A stretch of DNA of 64,000 nucleotides from assembly GCF_009914755.1 (NCBI RefSeq), contig NC_060933.1; one strand, 5' to 3'. The notes under the pieces were generated by a model. It worked only from the letters and a program-made list of their open reading frames with translations. It searched no databases and had not been told where the DNA came from. Origin of the DNA: the human T2T-CHM13v2.0 reference genome, Homo sapiens. How positions within the stretch are numbered: position 1 is the first letter of the stretch; each line of letters begins with the position of its first letter. The position numbers and the translations under genes were made by a program. Positions 55,201 to 64,000 of the stretch are shown piece by piece.

Positions 55201-58200
55201 GTTTCAATTCCATTGCATTCCATTCCATTCCATTCCATTCCATTCTGTTGCATTCCATTCCATTACATTCGGATTGATTCTATTCAACTCCCTTACTCTC
55301 CATTACATTCCATTCCATTCGGGTTGTTCCATTCCATTCCATTCCATTCCACTCCATTCCATTGCACTCGGGTTGATTCCATTCCATTCCATTCCATTCC
55401 ATTCCATTCCATTCCGGATGATTCCATTCCATTGCATTCCGTTCCATTACATTCCACTGCACTCGCGTTGATTCCATTCCATTCCATTCCATTCAATTCC
55501 ATTCCATTACAATTCGTTCCATTCCATTCTATTCCGTACCATTCCATTCCATTCCATTCCATACCATTCCATTCCATTCCATTCCATTCCATTCCGTTCC
55601 ATTCCGTTCCATTCCATTCCATTCCATTCTATTCGAATTAATTCCATTCCATTCCATGCCATTCCATTCTATTCCATTCCATTGCAATCGAGTTGAATCC
55701 ATTGCATTTCATTCAATTCCATTCCATTCCATTCCATTCCGGAAGTCTCCATTCCATTGCATTCCATTCCATTCCATTCCCCTGCACTCGCGTTGATTCC
55801 ATTCCATTCCATTCCATTCCATTCCATTCCATTCCATTCCATTCCATTCCTTCCGTACCATTCCATTCTATTCGGGTTAATTCCATTCCATTCCATTCGA
55901 TTGCAATCGAGTTGATTCCATTCCATTCCATTCCATTCCATTCCTTTCCATTCCATTACGGATGATTCCATTCCTTTGCATTCCATTCCATTCCATTCCC
56001 CTGTACTCGTGTTGATTCCATTCCATTCCATTCCAATCCATGCCATTCCACTCGTGTTGATTCCATTCTTTCCATTCCATTCAAGTTGAATCCATTCCAT
56101 TGCATTCCATTCCATTCGATTCCATTCGATTGCACTCGGGTTGATTCCATTCCATTGCATTCCATTCCATTCCATTCCATTCCATTCCATTCCATTCCAT
56201 TCCGTTCCATACCATTCCATTACATTCGGATTGATTCTATTCAATTCCCTTACACTCCATTACATTCCATTCCATTCGGGTAGTTTCCATTCCATTCCAT
56301 TCCATTCCACTCCATTCCATTGCACTCGGGTTGATTCCATTCCATTCCATTCCATTCCATTCCATTCCATTCCATTCCGGAAGATTCCATTCCATTACAT
56401 TCCATTCCATTCCATTCCCCTGCACTCGCGTTGATTCCATTCCATTCCATTCTATTCCATTCCATTCCCTTCCTTTCCGTTCCACTCCATTCCATTCCAT
56501 TCCATTCCATTCCGTTCCGTTCCATTCCATTCCATTCCATTCTATTCGGGTTAATTCCATTCCATTCCATTCGATTGCAATCGAGTTGATTCCATTCCAT
56601 TCCATTCCATTCCATTCCATTCCTTTCCATTCCATTACGGATGATTCCATTCCATTGCATTCCATTCCATTCCATTCCCCTATACTCGGGTTGATTCCAT
56701 TCCATTCCATTCCAATCCATGCCATTCCACTCGTGTTGATTCCATTCTTTCCATTCCATTCAAGTTGAATCCATTCCATTGCATTCCATTCCATTCGATA
56801 ACATTCGATTGCACTCGGGTTGATTCCATTCCATTGCATTCCATTCCATTCCATTCCGTTCCATTCCATTCCATTCCGTTCCATTCCATTTCATTACATT
56901 CAGATTGATTCTATTCAATTCCCTTACACTCCATTATATTCCAATCCATTCTGGTTGTCTCCATTCCATTCCATTCCATTTCACTCCATTCCATTGCACT
57001 CGGGTTGATTCCATTCCATTCCATTCCATTGCATTCCATTCCATTCCATTCCGGATGATTCCATTCCATTGCATTCCATTCCATTCCATTCCCCTGCACT
57101 CGGGTTGATTCCATTCCATTCCATTACATTACATTCCGTTCTATTCCATTCCATTCCATTCGGATTGATTCTATTCAATTCCCTTACACTCCATTACATT
57201 CCATTCCATTCGGGTAGTTTCCATTCCATTCCATTCCATTCCTCTCCATTCCATTGCACTCGGGTTGATTCCATTGCATTCCATTCCGTTCCATTCCATT
57301 ACATTACATTACATTACATTACATTCCGTTGTACTCGGGTTGATTCCATTCCATTGCATTCCATTCCATTCCATTCCATTCCATTCCATTCCATTCCATT
57401 CCATTCCGTTCCATTCCATTACATTCGGATTGATTCTGTTCAACTCCCTTACTCTCCATTACATTCCATTCCATTCGGGTTGTTCCATTCCATTCCATTC
57501 CATTCCACTCCATTCCATTGCGCTTGGGTTGATTCCATTCCATTCCATTCCATTCCATTCCATTCCAATTCTTTCCATTCAATTCTATTCCGTACCATTC
57601 CATTCCATTCCATACAATTCCATTCCATTCCTTTCCACTCCGTTCCGTTCCGTTCCGTTCTGTTCCATTCCATTCCATTCCATTCCATTCTATTCGGTTT
57701 AATTCCATTCCATTCCATTCCATTCCATTCCATTCTATTCCATTCCATTGCAATCGAGTTGAATCCATTGCATTCCATTCCATTCCATTCCATTCCATTC
57801 CATTCCATTCCGGAAGATTCCATTCCATTGCATTCCATTCCATTCCATTCCATTCCATTCCATTCCATTTCATTCCATTGTACTTGGGTTGATTCCATTC
57901 CATTGCATTCCATTCCATTCCATTCCATTCCATTCCATTCCATTCCGTTCCATTCCATTCCATTACATTCGGATTGATTCTTTTCAACTCCCTTACTCTC
58001 CATTACATTCCATTCCATTCGGGTTGTTCCATTCCATTCCATTCCATTCCACTCCATTCCATTGCACTCGGGTTGATTCCATTCATTACATTCCATTCCA
58101 TTCCGGATGATTCCATTCCATTGCATTCCGTTCCATTACATTCCCCTGCACTCGGGTTGATTCCATTCCATTCCTTTCCATTCCATTCGATTCCATTCCA

Positions 58201-61200
58201 TTCCCCTGCACTCGCGTTGATTCCATTCCATTCCATTCCATTCCATTCCATTCCATTCCATTCCTTTCCGTTCCATTCCATTCCATTCCATTCCATTCCA
58301 TTCCATTCCGTTCCGTTCCATTCCATTCCATTCCATTCTATTCGGGTTAATTCCATTCCATTCCATTCGATTGCAATCGAGTTGATTCCATTCCATTCCA
58401 TTCCATTCCATTCCATTCCATTCCATTCCATTCCTTTCCATTCCATAACGGATGATTCCATTCCATTGCATTCCATTCCATTCCATTCCCCTGTACTCGG
58501 GTTGATTCCATTCCATTCCATTCCAATCCATGCCATTCCAGTCGTGTTGATTCCATTCTTTCCATTCCATTCAAGTTGAATCTATTCCATTGCCTTCCAT
58601 TCCATTCCATTCCCCTGCAGTCGGGTTGATTCCATTCCATTCCATTCCATTCCATTCCATTCCATTCCATTCCATTCCGTTCCGTTCCATTCCATTCCAT
58701 TCCATTCTATTCGGGTGAATTCCATTCCATTCCATTCCATTGCATTCCAATCGACTTGATTCCATTCCATTCCATTCCATTCCATTCCATTCCACTCCAT
58801 TCCAGTCCTTTCCATTCCATTCCACTCGGGTTGATTCCAATGTATTCCTTTCCATTCCATTCCATTCCATTGCAATCGAGTTGATTCCATTGCTTTGCAT
58901 TCCATTCCATTCCATTCCATTCCGGATGATTCCATTCCATTGCATTCCATTCCATTCCATTCCCCAGCACTCGGGTTGATTCCATTCCATTCCATTCCAT
59001 TCCATTCCATTCCATTCCATTTCGTTCCATTCCATTCTATTCCGTATCATTCCATTCCATTCCATTCCATTCCATTCCATTCCATTCCATTCCATTGTAC
59101 TCGGGTTGATTCAATTACATTGCATTCCATTCCATTCCATTCCATTCCATTCCGTTGCATTCCATTCCATTACTTTCGGATTCATTCTATTCAACTCCCT
59201 TACTCTCCATTACATTCCATTCCATTCTGGTTGTTCCATTCCATTCCATTCCATTCCACTCCATTCCATTGCACTCGGGTTGATTCCATTCCATTCCATT
59301 CCATTCCATTCCATTCCGGATGATTCCATTCCATTGCATTCCTTTCCATTACATTCCCCTACACTCGCGTTGATTCCATTGCATTCCATTCCATTCCATT
59401 CAATTCCATTCCATTTCAAATCGTTCCATTCCATTCTATTCCGTACCATTCCATTCCATTCCATACAATTCCATTCCAGTCCATTCCATTCCATTCCGTT
59501 CCATTCCGTTCCATTGCATTCCATTCCATTCTATTCGGATTAATTCCATTCCATTCCATTCCATTCCATTCTATTCCATTCCATTGCAATCGAGTTGACT
59601 CCATTCCATTTCATTCCATTCCATTCCATTCCATTCCATTCCGGAAGATTCCATTCCATTGCATTCCATTCCATTCCATTCCCCTGCACTCGCGTTGATT
59701 CCATTCCATTCCATTCCATTCCGTTCCGTTCCATTCCATTCCATTCCATTCCATTCCATTCCGTTCCGTTCCATTCCATTCCATTCCATTCTATTCGGGT
59801 TAATTCCATTCCATTCCATTCGATTGCAATCGATTTGATTCCATTCCATTCCATTCCACTCCATTCCATTCCATTCCATTCCATTCCATTCCATTCCTTT
59901 CCATTCCATTACGGTTGATTCCATTCCATTGCATTCCATTCCATTCCATTCCCCTGTACTCGGGTTGATTCCATTCCATTCCATTCCAATCCATGCCATT
60001 CCACTCGTGTTGATTCCATTCTTTCCTTTCCATTCAAGTTGAATCCATTCCATTGCATTCCATTCCATTCGATTCCATTCGATTGCACTCGGGTTGATTC
60101 CATTCCATTGCATTCCATTCCATTCCATTCCATTCCGTTCCATTCCATTTCATTACATTCAGATTCATTCTATTCCATTCCCTTACACTCCAATATATTC
60201 CAATCCATTCTGGTTGTTTCCATTCCATTCCATTCCATTTCACTCCATTCCATTGCACTCGGGTTGATTCCATTCCATTCCATTGCATTCCATTCCATTC
60301 CATTCCGGATGATTCCATTCCATTGCATTCCATTCCATTCCATTCGCCTGCACTCGGGTTGATTCCATTTCATTCCATTCCATTACATTCCGTTCCATTC
60401 CATTCCATTCCATTCGGATTGATTCTATTCAATTCCCTTACGCTCCATTACATTCCATTCCATTCGGGTAGTTTCCATTCCATTCCATTCCATTCCTCTC
60501 CATTCCATTGCACTCGGGTTGATTCCATTCCATTCCATTCCATTCCATTCCATTCCATTCCATTACATTACATTCCATTCCGTTCCATTGTACTCGGGTT
60601 GATTCCATTCCATTGCATTCCATTCCATTCCATTCCATTCCATTCCATTCCATTCCATTCCGTTCCATTCCATTACATTCGGATTGATTCTATTCAACTC
60701 CCTTACTCTCCATTACATTCCATTCCATTCGGGTTGTTCCATTCCATTCCATTCCATTTCACTCCATTCCATTGCACTCGGGTTGATTCCATTCCATTCC
60801 ATTCCATTCCATTCCATTCCATTCCATTCCGGATGATTCCATTCCATTGCATTCTTTTGCATTACATTCCCCTGTACTCGGGTTGATTCCATTCCATTCC
60901 ATTCCATTCCATTCGATTCCATTCCATTCCAATTCTTTCCATTCCATTCTATTCCATACCATGCCATTCCATTCCATACAATTCCATTCCATTCCATTCC
61001 ACTCCGTTCCGTTCCATTCCGTTCCGTTCCGTTCCATTCCATTCTATTCGGGTTAATTCCATTCCATTCCATTCGATTGCAATCGAGTTGATTCCATTCC
61101 ATTCCATTCCATTCCATTCCATTCCATTCCTTTCCATTCCATTACGGATGATTCCATTCCATTGCATTGCATTCCATTCCATTCCATTGTACTCGGGTTG

Positions 61201-61759
61201 ATTCCATTCCATTGCATTCCATTCCATTCCATTCCATTCCGTTCCATTCCATTCCATTACATTCGGATTGATTCTATTCAACTCCCTTACTCTCCATTAC
61301 ATTACATTCCATTCGGGTTGTTCCATTCCATTCCATTCCATTCCACTCCATTCCATTGCACTCGGGTTGATTCCATTCCATTCCATTCCATTCCATTCCA
61401 TTGCGGATGATTCCATTCCATTGCATTCCGTTCCATTACATTCCCCTGCACTCGCGTTGATTCCATTCCATTCCATTCCATTCCGTTCAATTCCATTCCA
61501 TTACAATGCGTTCCATTCCATTCTATTCCATACCATTCCATTCCATTCCATACCATTCCATTCCATTCCATTCCATTCCGTTCCATTCCGTTCCATTACA
61601 TTCCATTCCATTCTATTCGAATTAATTCCATTCCATTCCATTCCATTCCATTCTATTCCATTCCATTGCAATCGAGTTGAACCCATTGCATTTCATTCCA
61701 TTCCATTCCATTCCATTCCATTCCGGAAGATTCCATTCCATTGCATTCCATTCCAATCC

Positions 61760-63860
61760 ATTCCCCTGCACTCGAGTTGATTCCATTCCATTCCATTCCA
61801 TTCCATTCCATTCCATTCCGTTCCGTTCCATTCCATTCCATTCCATTCCATTCCATTCCGTTCCGTTCCATTCCATTCCATTCCATTCTATTCGGGTTAA
61901 TTCCATTCCATTCCATTCGATTGCAATCGAGTTGATTCCATTCCATTCCATTCCATTCCATTCCATTCCTTTCCATTCCATTACGGATGATTCCATTCCA
62001 TTGCATTCCATTCCATTCCATTCCCCTGTACTCGGGTTGATTCCATTCCATTCCATTCCAATCCATGCCATTCCACTCGTGTTGATTCCATTCTTTCCAT
62101 TCCATTCAAGTTGAATCCATTCCATTGCATTCCATTCCATTCGATTCCATTCGACTGCACTCGGGTTGATTCCATTCCATTGCATTCCATTCCATTCTAT
62201 TCCATTCCATTCCATTCCATTCCATTCGGATTGATTCTATTCAATTCCCTTACACTGCATTACATTCCATTCCATTCGGGTAGTTTCCATTCAATTCCAT
62301 TCCATTCCTCTCCATTCCGTTGCACTCGGGTTGATTCCATTCCATTGCATTCCATTCCATTCCATTCAATTCCATTCCGTTCCATTCCATTCCATTACAT
62401 TCGGATTGATTCTATTCAACTCCCTTACTCTCCATTACATTCCATTCCATTCGGGTTGTTCCATTCCATTCCATTCCATTCCACTCCATTCCATTGCACT
62501 CGGGTTGATTCCATTCCATTCCATTCCATTCCATTCCGGAAGATTCCATTCCATTGCATTCCATTCCATTCCATTCCCCTGCACTCGCGTTGATTCCATT
62601 CCATTCCATTCTATTCCATTCCATTCCCTTCCTTTCCGTTCCATTCCATTCCATTCCATTCCATTCCATTCCATTCCGTTCCGTTCCATTCCATTCCATT
62701 CCATTCCATTCTATTCGGGTTAATTCCATTCCATTCCATTCGATTGCAATCGAGTTGATTCCATTCCATTCCATTCCATTCCATTCCATTCCATTCAATT
62801 CCATTCCTTTCCATTCCATTACGGATGATTCCATTCCATTGCATTCCATTCCATTCCATTCCCCTGTACTCGGGTTGATTCCATTCCATTCCATTCCAAT
62901 CCATGCCATTCAACTCGTGTTGATTCCATTCTTTCCATTCCATTCAAGTTGAATCCATTCCATTGCATTCTTTTCCATTCGATTCCATTCGATTGCACTC
63001 GGGTTGATTCCATTCCATTGCATTCCATTCCATTCCAATCCATTCCATTCCATTCCATTCCATTCCGTTCAATTCCATTCCATTCCATTCCATTCCATTC
63101 CATTCCATTCCGTTTTATTCCATTCCATTACATTCGGATTGATTCTATTCAATTCCCTTACACTCCATTACATTCCATTCCATTCGGGTAGTTTCCATTC
63201 CATTACATTCCATTCCTCTCCATTCCATTGAACTCGGGTTGATTCCATTCCATTGCATTCCATTCCATTCCATTCAATTCCATTCCGTTCCATTCCATTC
63301 CATTACATTCGGATTGATTCTATTCAACTCCCTTACTCTCCATTACATTCCATTCCATTCGGGTTGTTCCATTCCATTCCATTCCATTCCACTCCATTCC
63401 ATTGCACTCGGGTTTATTCCATTCCATTCCATTCCATTCCGTTCCATTCCGGAAGATTCCATTCCATTTCATTCCATTCCATTCCATTCCCCTGCACTCG
63501 CTTTGATTCCATTCCATTCCATTCCATTCCATTTCATTGCATTCCTTTCCGTTCCATTCCATTCCATTCCATTCCATTCCGTTCCGTTCCGTTCCGTTCC
63601 ATTCCATTCCATTCCATTCTATTCGGGTTAATTCCATTCCATTCCATTCGATTGCAATCGAGTTGATTCCATTCCATTCCATTCCATTCCATTCCATTCC
63701 ATTCCTTTCCATTTCATTACGGATGATTCCATTCCATTGCATTCCATTCCATTCCATTCCCCTGTACTCGGGTTGATTCCATTCCATTCCATTCCAATTC
63801 ATGCCATTCCACTCGTGTTGATTCCATTCTTTCCATTCCATTCAAGTTGAATCCATTCCA
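61760..63860 (-). repeat. Diverged tandem units of ~840-900 bp
   Basis: Marker TCAAGTTGAATCC at ~62106, ~62944 and ~63842, with the same module order between markers. Confidence 0.7.
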
Positions 63861-64000
63861 TTGCATTCCATTCCATTCCATTCCCCTGCAGTCGGGTTGA
63901 TTCCATTCCATTCCATTCCATTCCATTCCATTCAATTCCATTCCATTACAATTCGTTCCATTCCATTCTATTCCGTAGCATTCCGTTCCATTCCATACCA

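Larger units (their letters stand above)
51246..64000 (-). repeat. Satellite III (HSat3) array in inverted orientation, (ATTCC)n on +
   Basis: Continuous CATTC pentamers with reverse complements of the same modules (ACTCGGGTTG, ATTCGGGTTA, TTCAACTCCCTTACTCTCC, TCAAGTTGAATCC). The module set is that of the 12-50.6 kb domain. Confidence 0.98.

Noticed and set aside
1-64000. Hundreds of ORFs up to 452 aa (MEWNG / FHSIP repeats)
   Set aside because: Pure (GGAAT)n and (ATTCC)n have no stop codons in any frame and GGAATGG supplies ATG. The ORFs overlap in all six frames and show no domain-like content.
1-64000. HSat2, telomeric repeat or (GGAA)n microsatellite
   Set aside because: The period is 5 with CAACCCGAG-type modules. 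The CATTCGATTC-dominated HSat2 pattern and TTAGGG arrays are not present.

Overview
The entire 64 kb is primate (human-like) Satellite III / HSat3 DNA: a (GGAAT)n pentamer array punctuated by recurring diverged modules such as CAACCCGAGT, CAACTCGATT, TAACCCGAAT, CATCC and CTTCC. I see no genes, RNA genes, transposon remnants or unique sequence. Every ORF in the track is an artefact, because (GGAAT)n and (ATTCC)n have no stop codon in any frame and give MEWNG / FHSIP repeats. The real structure is architectural. (1) One sharp strand switch at 51246-51247 (GGAAT on + to the left, ATTCC to the right), preceded by ~590 bp of an atypical satellite variant containing a 91-bp tandem duplication. (2) A sub-family boundary at ~12 kb. 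(3) Nested tandem duplications whose order can be inferred: a 3090-bp event, then a 5706-bp event, plus an older ~9.5-kb duplication with a ~1.5-kb deletion in one copy. (4) At least 24 perfect three-pentamer heat-shock elements (gGAAt-cTTCc-gGAAt) and a recurrent 14-bp perfect palindrome, both seen only after the 12-kb boundary. I found no new protein-coding system. Species and chromosome cannot be fixed from the sequence alone. All counts and offsets were read by eye or from offsets in the ORF track.
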